Shown: positions 10,303 to 19,981 of the stretch, in pieces | How positions within the stretch are numbered: position 1 is the stretch's first letter | Layout of the letters: every line of letters starts with the position of its first letter | DNA from: Chloroflexota bacterium | GTDB lineage: Bacteria > Chloroflexota > Dehalococcoidia > UBA2979 | NCBI GenBank assembly: GCA_009839925.1 | Contig: VXOS01000050.1 | Location: forward strand, 1-59,782 | Reading direction: 5' to 3' | Length of the DNA: 59,782 nt | Translations under genes and position numbers: made by a program | The notes under the pieces: model-generated | The model's database searches: none | What the model was told of the DNA's origin: nothing | The model's input: only the letters and a program-made list of their open reading frames with translations

Positions 10303-11007
10303 ATGTCAGACGAACCGACGATCGGCCTCCTCGAGGCAATCCACTCGACGCGAGCGATCCGCCGCTTCAAGCCCGACCCGATACCCGAGGATGTGCTCTG
10401 GTCGATCCTCGACGCCGCGATCCGCGGACCGACCGGCGCCAACCGCCAGAACTGGGGCTGGGTCGTGGTCCAGGACCCCGAGGCGAAGCGCAAGATCGCG
10501 GTCTGGTTCAAGCAGGAGTACGACAACACCTACGGCCGCGTCGACGAGTCGACGCTGACCGACACGGGGCGCATCCAGTCCGGCACGTACACGATCAACG
10601 AGGAGATCAACTACGGGTTGACCGCCCAGAACTACCGCGCGGTGAGGCACCTGGCGCACAACCTTCAGGACGCACCCGTGATCGTCTTCCCCTGCCTCTT
10701 CGGCGGTCCCGGATCGCGGAGGCCCGGGCGCAATCCGCGCCGCGCGGGCGCCTCGATCTTCGGCGGGGTGCAGAACATGATGCTCGCCGCGCGCGCCTAC
10801 GGGGTCGGATCGGTCATCACGGGCTGGGCCGTGGACATGCCGGAGCTGCACGAGCTGCTGAACCTGCCCGAGGGCTACGAGCCGATGGCGCTCGTGCCGA
10901 TGGGCTATCCGACCGTGCCCTTCTCGCAGCCGCAGCGCATCCCCGTGGACGAGGTGACGCACTGGGACCGCTGGGGCGAGCAGCACGAGCGGCCCGCACA
11001 GGCCTAG
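10303..11007 (+). CDS. nitroreductase family protein
   Basis: 234 aa. AIHSTRAIRRFKPDPIPEDVLWSILDAAIRGPTGANRQNWGWVVV is the canonical nitroreductase N-terminus. AAGGAGA lies 7 nt upstream of the ATG. Confidence 0.7.
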   Translation: MSDEPTIGLLEAIHSTRAIRRFKPDPIPEDVLWSILDAAIRGPTGANRQNWGWVVVQDPEAKRKIAVWFKQEYDNTYGRVDESTLTDTGRIQSGTYTINEEINYGLTAQNYRAVRHLAHNLQDAPVIVFPCLFGGPGSRRPGRNPRRAGASIFGGVQNMMLAARAYGVGSVITGWAVDMPELHELLNLPEGYEPMALVPMGYPTVPFSQPQRIPVDEVTHWDRWGEQHERPAQA

Positions 11008-11127
11008 CCGCCGGCCCCTCCCGACCTCCTGAAGCACCGACTCGCGGGCGCCTCGGCGGCTCCGCTCCCCTGCTTCTGCTGCCCCGTGTTGGCCCGGTCT
11101 GGCTCTCGATCCCGCGGGCCGTCCGCG

Positions 11128-11156
11128 TTGCGGGGATCGGGTGCGAGGACTAGAGT
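11128..11156 (+). promoter_or_regulatory. candidate sigma-70-type promoter for the ABC uptake operon
   Basis: TTGCGG (11128-11133), 17-nt spacer, TAGAGT (11151-11156), about 60 nt upstream of the ATG at 11218. Sequence match only. Confidence 0.3.
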
Positions 11157-11217
11157 GTTGCGCTATGCGAGACGTCGGCGCGCGAAGAGCGGCCGATGCG
11201 AGGATCCGGAGGGGCAG

Positions 11218-13134
11218 ATGGCAGACGAGCGATGGTCAACGTTTATCGGATCGCGGGTCACTCGACGAAGCGTCATCCGCGGCGGGGTCCTCGGCGCTGC
11301 CGGGCTGACCGCCGCCGCGCTCATCGGCTGCGGCGACGACGATGATGACGAAGAGGTAGCCGCGACCGCAGCGCCGACGGCAGCCCCCACCGCCGCCCCG
11401 ACGCAGGCGGCGACGCCCGCTCCCACGCCGACAGAGGAGCCCGAGCCCGACTACGTCGCGGGCGCGAAGGCGCAGGGCGCGCCGTTCGCCTGGAACTACC
11501 CGGAGCCGGACGAGACGCCGAAGCGCGGCGGCATCTACAAGGGTGTGCTCACGTTCGCGCACGGCAGCTTCGACCCGAACACCTCGAGCTTCTCGTGGAC
11601 GCCCAACAGCATGATCGGCGACTTCGTCGTCGGCTATAACGTCGGGCCGAGCATGAACAAGGGCCTCGAGATCGAGCTGAATCCGGACTACGGCCTCGCT
11701 ACGTCGTGGGAGGTTTCGCCTGACGGCCTGGAGTACACGTTCAATATCCGCGAGGCGAACTTCCAGAACGTGGCGCCGGTCAACGGGCGCGCGATGACGG
11801 CCAGCGACATCGTCACGGCCTTCGACCGCATGCTCGCGGGCTACTTCGCCGGGCCGCTCGGGACGCTGGACCACATGGACGCGGCGGACGACCGCACCCT
11901 GCTGGCCCACATGAAGATTCCGGACCCCGACCTGCCAACCACCCTGGGCAACCGCCAGTTCCCGGTCTACGCGCAGGAGCCGTACGACGAGGGCACCCAG
12001 GACACGAACCCGATCGGCACGGGCTCGATGATCCTGGACAACGCGAACACCGTGAAGGACCAGACGCTGGCCTTCGTCTCCAACCCGGACTACTGGGACG
12101 GCGCACCGCTGCTCGACGGCTTCCAGTTCGAGCGAATCCTGGACCGCGCGACGCACCTCGCCGAGTTCGTGCAGGGCCGCGTCCAGTTCGCCCGGCAGCC
12201 AGAAGAGCTGTCGCAGATCAGGAACCTCTTCGACGAGGTGCCGGGCATGCAGATCACGAGCGACCCGTTCTGGAGCTCCGGCACCACCGTCTACGCGGTG
12301 AACCCGAACATCGAGCCGTTCAACGACGTGCGTGTCCGCCGTGCCCTGAAGCTCGCGATGGACACGGTGAAGTACGGCAATCTGCGGTTCCCGCTCGGCT
12401 GGAACACCGGACCTGCCTTCGCGCTGCCCTTCGTGTTCGGCACCGAGTACCCCTCGCAGAAGTCGATCGACCCGGACACCGTGCCGGACGAGTTCGGCCC
12501 GTGGTTCAAGTACGACCTGGACGAGGCGAAGAAGCTGCTGGCCGCGGCCGGTTGGGAGACCGGTCTCAAGTGGACCCACCGCGGGCCCGCGGGCTTCACC
12601 GGCGAGACCACCTCGCAGGACGCGCTCTGGCAGCAGGACATGCGGGCGCTCGGAGCGGACATCGAGTTCGCCACGCCGGAGTCGGTGAACTTCACAACCC
12701 AGTACTACGCGGGTGGGTTCCGCGACCCGGAGACGCGGGCCACGGAGAGCATCCAGGGCTGGTCGACGGCGACGCCGACTCGCAACGGCTACTTCTGGGA
12801 GAACATCCACTCCGAGTCCAGCGTGAACCACTTCGACACGCGAGACCCGGAGGTGGACCGCCTGGCCGACCTGCAGCGCTCCGAGGGCGACCCGGATCAG
12901 CGGCAGGAGTACATCCGCCAGATCTTCGACGTCTTCAACGACCAGGCCTACTGGATGGACAAGCCGCCCGGAACCTGGACCGGGACGGTGCTGCGGCCGG
13001 AGTCGCGGTTCTTCCGCTTCAACGCGCCGCACATCGGCATCCACTGGTTCTGGGACTGGGGCTACGGAGTGCACAAGGCGTGGCTCGGCGACACCCTCAC
13101 GGAATCGCCGACGATCTCGCTGCTGGACCTGTAG
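11218..13134 (+). CDS. ABC transporter substrate-binding protein, family 5 (peptide/nickel type), Tat-lipoprotein-like signal
   Basis: ATG at 11218 is preceded by GGAGGGG. SRVTRRSVIRGGVLGAAGLTAAALIGC looks like twin-arginine plus lipobox, followed by an Ala/Pro/Thr linker. The body has DppA/OppA-like length and pattern (NPDYWDG, VRVRRAL). Confidence 0.8.
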   Translation: MADERWSTFIGSRVTRRSVIRGGVLGAAGLTAAALIGCGDDDDDEEVAATAAPTAAPTAAPTQAATPAPTPTEEPEPDYVAGAKAQGAPFAWNYPEPDETPKRGGIYKGVLTFAHGSFDPNTSSFSWTPNSMIGDFVVGYNVGPSMNKGLEIELNPDYGLATSWEVSPDGLEYTFNIREANFQNVAPVNGRAMTASDIVTAFDRMLAGYFAGPLGTLDHMDAADDRTLLAHMKIPDPDLPTTLGNRQFPVYAQEPYDEGTQDTNPIGTGSMILDNANTVKDQTLAFVSNPDYWDGAPLLDGFQFERILDRATHLAEFVQGRVQFARQPEELSQIRNLFDEVPGMQITSDPFWSSGTTVYAVNPNIEPFNDVRVRRALKLAMDTVKYGNLRFPLGWNTGPAFALPFVFGTEYPSQKSIDPDTVPDEFGPWFKYDLDEAKKLLAAAGWETGLKWTHRGPAGFTGETTSQDALWQQDMRALGADIEFATPESVNFTTQYYAGGFRDPETRATESIQGWSTATPTRNGYFWENIHSESSVNHFDTRDPEVDRLADLQRSEGDPDQRQEYIRQIFDVFNDQAYWMDKPPGTWTGTVLRPESRFFRFNAPHIGIHWFWDWGYGVHKAWLGDTLTESPTISLLDL

Positions 13135-13161
13135 CCGGAACGAGCACGGAGACTGGACGGG

Positions 13162-13195
13162 GGGAGCCGGCCCGGCGGGTCGGCTCCCTCTGCGT
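13162..13195 (+). terminator. intra-operon hairpin (possible attenuating terminator) after the binding-protein gene
   Basis: GGGAGCCG (13162-13169) pairs with CGGCTCCC (13181-13188) around an 11-nt loop, followed by TCTGCGTT. The weak U-tract makes this a partial terminator at best. Confidence 0.3.
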
Positions 13196-13343
13196 TCGGC
13201 GCAGCGCGGAACGCGAACCCGAGCGTACTGAACCTCGCTGAGGTGGGCGCGCTACAATGCGCCGCGTTCCGCTCGCGCCCGCCCTGCACAGTGGCTGAGC
13301 GCGGACGACCGGATCGGGATGTGGTGACCCGGGGGATGGCCAC

Positions 13344-14336
13344 ATGACGCAGTACCTGATCAAGCGGTTGCTCGCCGCCATCCCCACGCTCCTGATCGTC
13401 TCGATCGGGATCTTCGGCCTCGTTCGCCTCATCCCCGGCGACGTGGTGATGGCCCGCATCGCGCAGGGCGGCAGCGGCGCGGGCGGCAGCGTCAACGACG
13501 CGATGATCGAGCGAACACGCGCGGAACTCGGCCTGGATCGACCGTTCCTCGAGCAGTACGCCGATTGGCTTGCCGGAGCAGTGCGAGGGGATCTTGGCAA
13601 CTCGCTCATCACCGGCGTGCCCGTCTCGGAGACGCTGCTCGAGCGGCTGCCGGTCACGATCGAGATCGTCATCCTGGCGATGACGCTCTCGATGCTGCTC
13701 GCCATCCCGCTGGGGATCATCTCCGCCGTGAACCAGGACAAGCCAGCCGACTACGCGGCGCGGCTGTTCACGGTCTTCGGGCTCTCCATTCCGGACTTCG
13801 TGATCGGTACGGTCACGATCCTGTTCCTCACCTTCTATCTGGACGACGCGACGTTCGGGCTCTTCGACTCGTGGCTGCCGCCGCTCGGCTGGTACCCGCC
13901 CTGGGAGGACCCCTGGACGAACTTCCAGGCGCTGAGCATCCCGGTGGTGATCCTCGCCTACCGCTCGTCCGCGGTGAGCGCGCGCATGATGCGCTCGACC
14001 ATGCTCGAGGTGCTGCGCGAGGACTACATCCGGACGGCTCGGGCCAAGGGCGTGACCGAGCGGGCCGTGGTGTTCCGCCACGCGCTGCGCAACTCCGTGA
14101 TCCCCGTGCTCACGATCATGGGCGCGCAAACGTCGTTCCTCTTCGGCGGATCGGTCATCGTCGAGCAGATCTTCCGGATTCCCGGCATGGGGCAATGGAC
14201 GCTCGACTCCGTCGGTCAGCGCGACTACACGGCGGTGCAGGGGGCGGTCCTGATGATGGCCGTCGTCTTCATCGTCGTGAACCTCGCGGTCGACCTGATG
14301 TACGGGATGATCGACCCGCGGATCCGCTACAGCTAG
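13344..14336 (+). CDS. ABC transporter permease (DppB/OppB type)
   Basis: 330 aa. Starts MTQYLIKRLLAAIPTLLIVSIGIFGLVRLIPGD and has the EAA-like loop YIRTARAKGVTERAVVFRHALRN. Confidence 0.85.
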   Translation: MTQYLIKRLLAAIPTLLIVSIGIFGLVRLIPGDVVMARIAQGGSGAGGSVNDAMIERTRAELGLDRPFLEQYADWLAGAVRGDLGNSLITGVPVSETLLERLPVTIEIVILAMTLSMLLAIPLGIISAVNQDKPADYAARLFTVFGLSIPDFVIGTVTILFLTFYLDDATFGLFDSWLPPLGWYPPWEDPWTNFQALSIPVVILAYRSSAVSARMMRSTMLEVLREDYIRTARAKGVTERAVVFRHALRNSVIPVLTIMGAQTSFLFGGSVIVEQIFRIPGMGQWTLDSVGQRDYTAVQGAVLMMAVVFIVVNLAVDLMYGMIDPRIRYS

Positions 14337-14366
14337 GCGAGATGAGCAGGCGAGGCACGGGGCGGC

Positions 14367-15263
14367 ATGGCTGAGCGCACGTTGAACGCGGGGGCGACAC
14401 GGCAGTTCGCCAGCGAGGCGCGCCACCCCGCGATCGACGCCCTGATCCGGATTGTCCGCAATCCGGTCGGCGGCGGATCGGCGATCGTCCTGTTCGTGCT
14501 GATCGCGTCGGCAGTCGTAGCCTGGGCAGGCTTCGGCGGCGACCCGTACACGAGCCTGGGCGGGCGGCTCGACAGCCCCAACCGGGAGTTTCTGTTCGGC
14601 ACCGACCAGATCGGCCGCGACGTGTTCGCCCGCGTGCTGCAAGGCGCGGTCATCTCGCTCTACGTCGGGTTCCTCGCCACCGGCCTGGCCGGCGGCCTCG
14701 GCTCGGCCGTGGGGCTGCTGAGCGGCTTCGCCGGCGGCTGGCTGGACCTCGTGATCCAGCGCGTCGTCGACGCGCTGCTCTCGATTCCCGGACTCGTCCT
14801 CGCGCTCTTTTTCGCGGCGGTGTTCGACCCGAGCACGGAGACCGGCGTGCTCGCGATCACCATCGCGATCACGCCGGCGGTCTCGCGCGTGATCCGCAGC
14901 GCGGTGCTGGCCGCGAAGGAGAACGTCTACGTGGAGGCGGCACGCACGATTGGCGCCACGCCGCTCCGGATCATGGTGCGGCACGTGCTGCCCAACGTGA
15001 CCGCTCCGATCCTGATCATGATGTCCACCCTGCTGGGCGCCGCGATCCTGATCGAGGCCAGCCTCGCCTTCCTCGGAATGGGGGCGCAGGAGCCGGACCC
15101 GTCGTGGGGCGTGATGCTGCGCTCGGCGCGCCAGTTCATGGAGGTGGCGCCGTGGCTGGTGCTGGCCCCCGGCGCGGCGATCAGCCTCACCGTGCTCGCC
15201 TTCAACCTGCTCGGTGACCGCATCCGTGACGTGCTGGACCCGCGCCTGCGAGGCTCGCGCTAG
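14367..15263 (+). CDS. ABC transporter permease (DppC/OppC type)
   Basis: 298 aa. LFGTDQIGRDVFARVL and YVEAARTIGATPLRIMVRHVLPN motifs. No ATPase gene follows. Confidence 0.85.
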   Translation: MAERTLNAGATRQFASEARHPAIDALIRIVRNPVGGGSAIVLFVLIASAVVAWAGFGGDPYTSLGGRLDSPNREFLFGTDQIGRDVFARVLQGAVISLYVGFLATGLAGGLGSAVGLLSGFAGGWLDLVIQRVVDALLSIPGLVLALFFAAVFDPSTETGVLAITIAITPAVSRVIRSAVLAAKENVYVEAARTIGATPLRIMVRHVLPNVTAPILIMMSTLLGAAILIEASLAFLGMGAQEPDPSWGVMLRSARQFMEVAPWLVLAPGAAISLTVLAFNLLGDRIRDVLDPRLRGSR

Positions 15264-15272
15264 CAACGAGCG

Positions 15273-16766
15273 CTAGCCGGGCCAGAGGTGCTCCTCGAAC
15301 GCCCAGTCGAGCAGCCAGCGAGCCTCCTCGAAGCGGTTCGGCGCGTTCAGCAGCACGACGAAGAGCCGCCTGTCGTCACGCGTGGCTGACGCCACCAGCG
15401 TCAGGCCGGCGTCCTCCGTGAAGCCGGTCTTGACGCCGTCGGCGTCCGCGTAGCTGCCCAGCAGATAGTTGCCGTTGCGCATCGAGAGGTCGCGCGAGCC
15501 GCGGGCCGTCCAGTACGTCTCACCGACGATCGAGGCGAACTCGGGCAGCGTCATCCCGTAGCGGGCGAGCATCGCGAGGTCGTAGGCGGAGGCGTGGTGT
15601 CCAGCCTCGTCGAGGCCGTGCGGGTTCGCGAACTCGCTGTCGTCGAGGCCCAGCCGATGCAGCAGAGTGTTCAAGGCGTCCACGAACTCCTCGTCCGAAC
15701 CGCTCAGGTGCCGCCCGAGGGCGAGCGCGGCGTCGTTCCCGGAGGGCAGCATCAGCCCGTAGAGCAGGTCCGCCACCGTGAAGCAGTCGCCCGGCAGCAG
15801 TCCCATCAGCGAGCTGTCGTACATGACGCGGCTATCGACGTCGTTCTCCACCCAGCCGCCGAGGTCGCTGCCTTCAATGGCAAGGATCGCCGTCGCGATC
15901 TTCGTGAGGCTGGCCGGGGCGTACGACTCCCGGGCGTCCTTGTCGAAGAGCACGGCGCCGGAGCCGGCGTCGATCACGACCGCGGCCTCCGCGCTGATCG
16001 TCGGAGCGGGCTTCGCGTGGACGGGTTGCGGCGCCGCGGAGCTGGGTGGCGGGATCGGCAACGCAGCTGCTGCGGGGGCGCCCTCGATGCTGCGCGCGAG
16101 GCGTCCGACCGTGTGGTCGCACTTGATCATCAGCGGCGTGCCGGTCGGGATGCGCCCGCCTGGGAACTCCTGGAACCACGCGACGTTCACGAAGGCCGGC
16201 GCGCCGAAGATGTAGGAGACGAAGCCGCCCTCGGTCTTGGTCGCCCAGACCGATCGCAGGTTGCAGCCCTTCAGGGCAGCCGCGTTCGCGATCCCGTGGG
16301 CCGTGCCGCCGCCCCAGATGACGAGCCCCCACCCCGACTCCGGGACCCAGCCCAGCAGCCCCGGCCCGATTCCTGAGCTGCCGGCCTGCGATCCGCAGGC
16401 TGGCGCGGGCGGCAGCGGATCGAGGAAGTCCGAGGCGACCCAGCCGGCGACGCCATGCACCCGCACGTGCTGCCAGTCGTACCCGTCCGCGCTGACCGAA
16501 CCTTCCAGCACGTCCAGCGTCGTCCCGTCCGCGACGCAGCTGATCTGACTGCCGGACAGCGAGGGGAAGTCGCGCAGGCGCAGGCAGTCGCCGTCGCCGC
16601 GCACGACCGCCTCGCGACCGGGGACGAGCTGCCCGAACGCGGGGCGCGCGGGCGCATCGAGCGTGGCGACGCTCGCTGCCGCGCCGGCGGACGCCGGCCG
16701 CAGCCCGGCTACGGGCGCGGCAAGAAGGGCGATCAGAAAGAGGGCAACAAAAAACCGGCGAGGCAT
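15273..16766 (-). CDS. D-alanyl-D-alanine carboxypeptidase (peptidase S11) with N-terminal SH3b-like domain
   Basis: The internal ATG at 16766 gives a signal peptide, MPRRFFVALFLIALLAAPVAG. The SxxK (ASLTKIA), SxN (SGNDAA) and KTG (VKTGFT) motifs are present. An SH3b-like segment is CLRLRDFPSLSGSQI...GWVASDFL. Confidence 0.75.
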   Translation of the reverse strand: MPRRFFVALFLIALLAAPVAGLRPASAGAAASVATLDAPARPAFGQLVPGREAVVRGDGDCLRLRDFPSLSGSQISCVADGTTLDVLEGSVSADGYDWQHVRVHGVAGWVASDFLDPLPPAPACGSQAGSSGIGPGLLGWVPESGWGLVIWGGGTAHGIANAAALKGCNLRSVWATKTEGGFVSYIFGAPAFVNVAWFQEFPGGRIPTGTPLMIKCDHTVGRLARSIEGAPAAAALPIPPPSSAAPQPVHAKPAPTISAEAAVVIDAGSGAVLFDKDARESYAPASLTKIATAILAIEGSDLGGWVENDVDSRVMYDSSLMGLLPGDCFTVADLLYGLMLPSGNDAALALGRHLSGSDEEFVDALNTLLHRLGLDDSEFANPHGLDEAGHHASAYDLAMLARYGMTLPEFASIVGETYWTARGSRDLSMRNGNYLLGSYADADGVKTGFTEDAGLTLVASATRDDRRLFVVLLNAPNRFEEARWLLDWAFEEHLWPG

Positions 16767-16865
16767 GCCCACATCCGAGCCGAAACCCGCCAGCTCGCCG
16801 TTAAGTATACACACCGGCAGCCGCAAGGCGCAGCAGGGAGTTCGAGTCGGAGTCCAGGCGGCAGC

Positions 16866-18371
16866 CTAGTGGTAGATGATCATGTCCGGCACATGCGTGA
16901 GGGCCTGGATCTGCTCGGGCGACATGATCGGATCGTCCTGCCGGAAGAACAGCTTGATCGCCGCCCGCTCCGAGGGCGCTGCGAGCGCGTACCGCTCGTA
17001 GTGCAGCAGCTTCAGCCTGATGCCTCCGAAGCCGTCCATGTCGATCGTCACCTCAACGCCGGCGACGTCCTCAACGGCGCCGGGGTCGAGCAGCATCCAG
17101 TCGACGAACTGATGCACGACGAGGATCTTCGTCGGCAATCCCTCGTCCTCGATCAGCTCTGCGAGGTAGTGCTGGACCTCGTTGAGTTCTTCGGCCTCCA
17201 GCGATCCGATCGCCAGGCCCGGGCGCACGCCCCGGCTCAGGGTTGCGAACTCCGGATCGAGCGCCAGGTGCACGAACGGCTCGCGCAAGAAGCGATCGAG
17301 CAGCTTGACCTCGGTGAGCGGGTCGCTCCAGCCGATCTGCACGTCCAGGAACAGCAGCATCCCGTGTTCGCGGGCGGCCTCGACGTACGTTTCGATCATC
17401 TCGTCGGACATCCGGCTCAGGTAGGTGCCGTCGGTCGTCTGGTGTGCCTGGGCGACGGCGGTGATCAGGTGGAAGGCCGGGATGACGGCGCGCGGGCCAT
17501 TCAGCCGATCGTAGCGTGCGGCCCAATCCGCAACCTCCTGAGCGGTCTCGGCGGGCGGGGCGTTGCCGAGCACGCCCATCACGGGCACGCCCGGGTAGCC
17601 GTAGAAGGCAACGACCTGGGCGTTCTCGAACGGCGAATCGGTCTCGCGAGGCCGTGGGAACGTCCACGGCCGCTCCGCATCGGAGATCACGAGGTACTCG
17701 CCCCCCGGCGAGAGGTACGACAGGCCCCGGAGACCCGGCGGCACACCATCTCCCCAGCCGATCGCATGCCACGGCTCGTCTCCCGGCACCACCCAGACGG
17801 AGAGGCCCGGGACGAGGCCCCCGGGGCCCCGCTCCCACTCGGACCAGCCGAGCGCGCCTCCCGCGAAGGCATCGCGCACCTCCATGCGCGGTCCGCTCCA
17901 CTGCAGACGCATCGATCCGGGCCTGAGCAGCACGTCGCACTGCGGCAGCGCCTTCACTCCGCGGATCGGCACCGACTGGAACCAGCCGAGGGCCTCCGAG
18001 CCGACCTCGAGGCTTGGATCCTGACCGCGGCAGAGGTACGCGCGCTCGTCCTCGATCCGCAGCGGCGAACGCGCCTCCACGAAGTGCGCCGAGCCGGCGG
18101 CGCCGGGTACGTGCACCTCCACCCGCGCGGTGGCGTCGCACATGATCTCGATCTCGAGCGGCGTGCTCAGGGTGCCGAGGGGCGCCACGCCGGCCTCGGC
18201 GGCGACGTGGCAGGGTGCGGCTGCGGCCGTGGCGGGGCCGCCACCGGCAAGCGTGAGCGCGATCGCCGCAAGCGCCGCAACGAGCGCGGCCGAGACGGAA
18301 GGCAGGGAGATTCCGAAGGGGATCCGACCCCGGGGTCGCGCCGTGCGACCCGGGCGGTGCAGCGGAGGCAT
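16866..18371 (-). CDS. secreted protein of unknown function
   Basis: 501-aa ORF with a hydrophobic N-terminal segment (SVSAALVAALAAIALTLAGG). GC3-rich frame with non-repetitive composition. I can assign no diagnostic catalytic motif. Confidence 0.5.
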   Translation of the reverse strand: MPPLHRPGRTARPRGRIPFGISLPSVSAALVAALAAIALTLAGGGPATAAAAPCHVAAEAGVAPLGTLSTPLEIEIMCDATARVEVHVPGAAGSAHFVEARSPLRIEDERAYLCRGQDPSLEVGSEALGWFQSVPIRGVKALPQCDVLLRPGSMRLQWSGPRMEVRDAFAGGALGWSEWERGPGGLVPGLSVWVVPGDEPWHAIGWGDGVPPGLRGLSYLSPGGEYLVISDAERPWTFPRPRETDSPFENAQVVAFYGYPGVPVMGVLGNAPPAETAQEVADWAARYDRLNGPRAVIPAFHLITAVAQAHQTTDGTYLSRMSDEMIETYVEAAREHGMLLFLDVQIGWSDPLTEVKLLDRFLREPFVHLALDPEFATLSRGVRPGLAIGSLEAEELNEVQHYLAELIEDEGLPTKILVVHQFVDWMLLDPGAVEDVAGVEVTIDMDGFGGIRLKLLHYERYALAAPSERAAIKLFFRQDDPIMSPEQIQALTHVPDMIIYH

Positions 18372-18461
18372 AGGGGCGTTCCTGTCCGGTTACCCCCCAC
18401 TACCATTATCGACAGCCGGGCCCGAAAGTAAAACCCGCCGCCGGTTGCGTCCCCGCGCCGC

Positions 18462-19202
18462 GTGCGCTACCACCCCCGCATGCTGGAACGCATCAGCGAA
18501 GCCGGAACCGCCGAGGGCGTGCGCGAGCGCCGCTTCGACATCGTGCGGCCCGAAGGGCGCGTGCCCGGCGTGCTGTGGACGCCGGAGCAGGCCGGCAGCG
18601 CGACACCGCTGGTGCTGCTGGGCCACGGCGGCGCCGGGCACAAGCGCGACGAGAGCCGCCTGGAGCGCGCGCACGCCTACGTCCGCCGCTACGGCATCGC
18701 CGCCGCAGCCATCGACGGCCCCTACCACGGCGACCGCGCCGCGCGCGGCCGCGAGCAGCGCTACGACGCCACGGTCGCCGGGGAGATGGTGGGCGACTGG
18801 CAGGCGACGCTCGACGCGCTCCTCGACCTCGGCGAGTTCGACGAGGACCGCGTCGGCTACGGCGGCGTTTCGATGGGCACGATGTTCGGCCTGCCCTTCC
18901 TCGTTGCCGACGGTCGTATCCGCGCCGCCGTGCTTGGCCTCTGTGGCGTGCGCAGCTCGGCGCGGACGGAGGACAGCCTCTTCGCCCGGCTGGTGCGCGA
19001 CGCTCCCCGCCTCGCCTGCCCGACGCTGTTCCTGATGCAGTGGGACGACGAGCTGTTCGATCGCGAGGGTGTGCTGGCGCTCTTCGATCTGCTCGGCTCG
19101 GCCGACAAGCGCCTATACGCCAACCCCGGCGGCCACGCCGAGACGCCCCAGCACGTGCGCGATCTCGGCCTGGAGTTCATCGCGGCGCAACTCCTCGCGT
19201 AG
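18462..19202 (+). CDS. alpha/beta hydrolase (dienelactone-hydrolase-like)
   Basis: LVLLGHGGAGHK and nucleophile elbow GGVSMG. The start is GTG 18462 or ATG 18480 (unresolved). Confidence 0.6.
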   Translation: MRYHPRMLERISEAGTAEGVRERRFDIVRPEGRVPGVLWTPEQAGSATPLVLLGHGGAGHKRDESRLERAHAYVRRYGIAAAAIDGPYHGDRAARGREQRYDATVAGEMVGDWQATLDALLDLGEFDEDRVGYGGVSMGTMFGLPFLVADGRIRAAVLGLCGVRSSARTEDSLFARLVRDAPRLACPTLFLMQWDDELFDREGVLALFDLLGSADKRLYANPGGHAETPQHVRDLGLEFIAAQLLA

Positions 19203-19287
19203 CCCGCGCGCGCGAGGACCGCTACGCTGCCCTCATGGGCGCGGCCCGCCGCCGGGGCCAGCGGTGCAGCGCAAGGACGGACCGACG

Positions 19288-19974
19288 ATGGAAGTCGCAA
19301 ACGAGCTCATGGTCCGCGGGATCGTCGTCGGGGTCTTCCAGGAGAACTGCTGGGTCATCGGCAACCGCCGGACGGGCGAGGCGATCTGCATCGACCCCGG
19401 CGACCAGCCGGAGGAGATCCTGGCGCTCGCGCGCGACATGGGCGTGACGATCAAGGCGATCGCGAACTCGCACGCGCACCTCGACCACATCCTCGGCGTC
19501 CACGGGGTGCACGAGGCGACCGGGGCGAAGTTCCTGCTCCACGCGAGCGATCTGGACTTGCTGCAGAACGGCTGGAAGACCTCGGCCCGGAAGATGGGGC
19601 TGGACCTGGCGCAAGGCCCGCCCGACCCGGACGGTTATGTCGAGGATGCCGACATCGTCGAGGTGGACGGAGTGCGCCTGCGTGTGATCACCACGCCCGG
19701 CCACACCACCGGAAGCGTCAGCTACTACAACGACGACGCGAAGTTCCTGTTCAGCGGCGACACCCTGTTCCGCGGCTCGATCGGCCGCACGGACATGCCG
19801 GGCGGCAGCTACGCCGAGGAGCTGACGAGCATCACCGAGAAGCTGCTGGTGCTGCCGGACGAGACGGTCGTGCTGCCGGGCCACATGCAGGAGACCTCGG
19901 TGGCCTTCGAGAAGGAGCACAACCCCTTCGTGCAGGACTGGGAGCGGCGTCGCGCCGCTACCGAGGGCGGCTAG
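19288..19974 (+). CDS. MBL-fold metallo-hydrolase (glyoxalase II-like)
   Basis: Internal ATG at 19288. HAHLDH (HxHxDH), TPGHTTGS and the distal GH (LPGHMQ) are typical of beta-lactamase-fold hydrolases. Confidence 0.8.
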   Translation: MEVANELMVRGIVVGVFQENCWVIGNRRTGEAICIDPGDQPEEILALARDMGVTIKAIANSHAHLDHILGVHGVHEATGAKFLLHASDLDLLQNGWKTSARKMGLDLAQGPPDPDGYVEDADIVEVDGVRLRVITTPGHTTGSVSYYNDDAKFLFSGDTLFRGSIGRTDMPGGSYAEELTSITEKLLVLPDETVVLPGHMQETSVAFEKEHNPFVQDWERRRAATEGG

Positions 19975-19981
19975 CCGCGCC

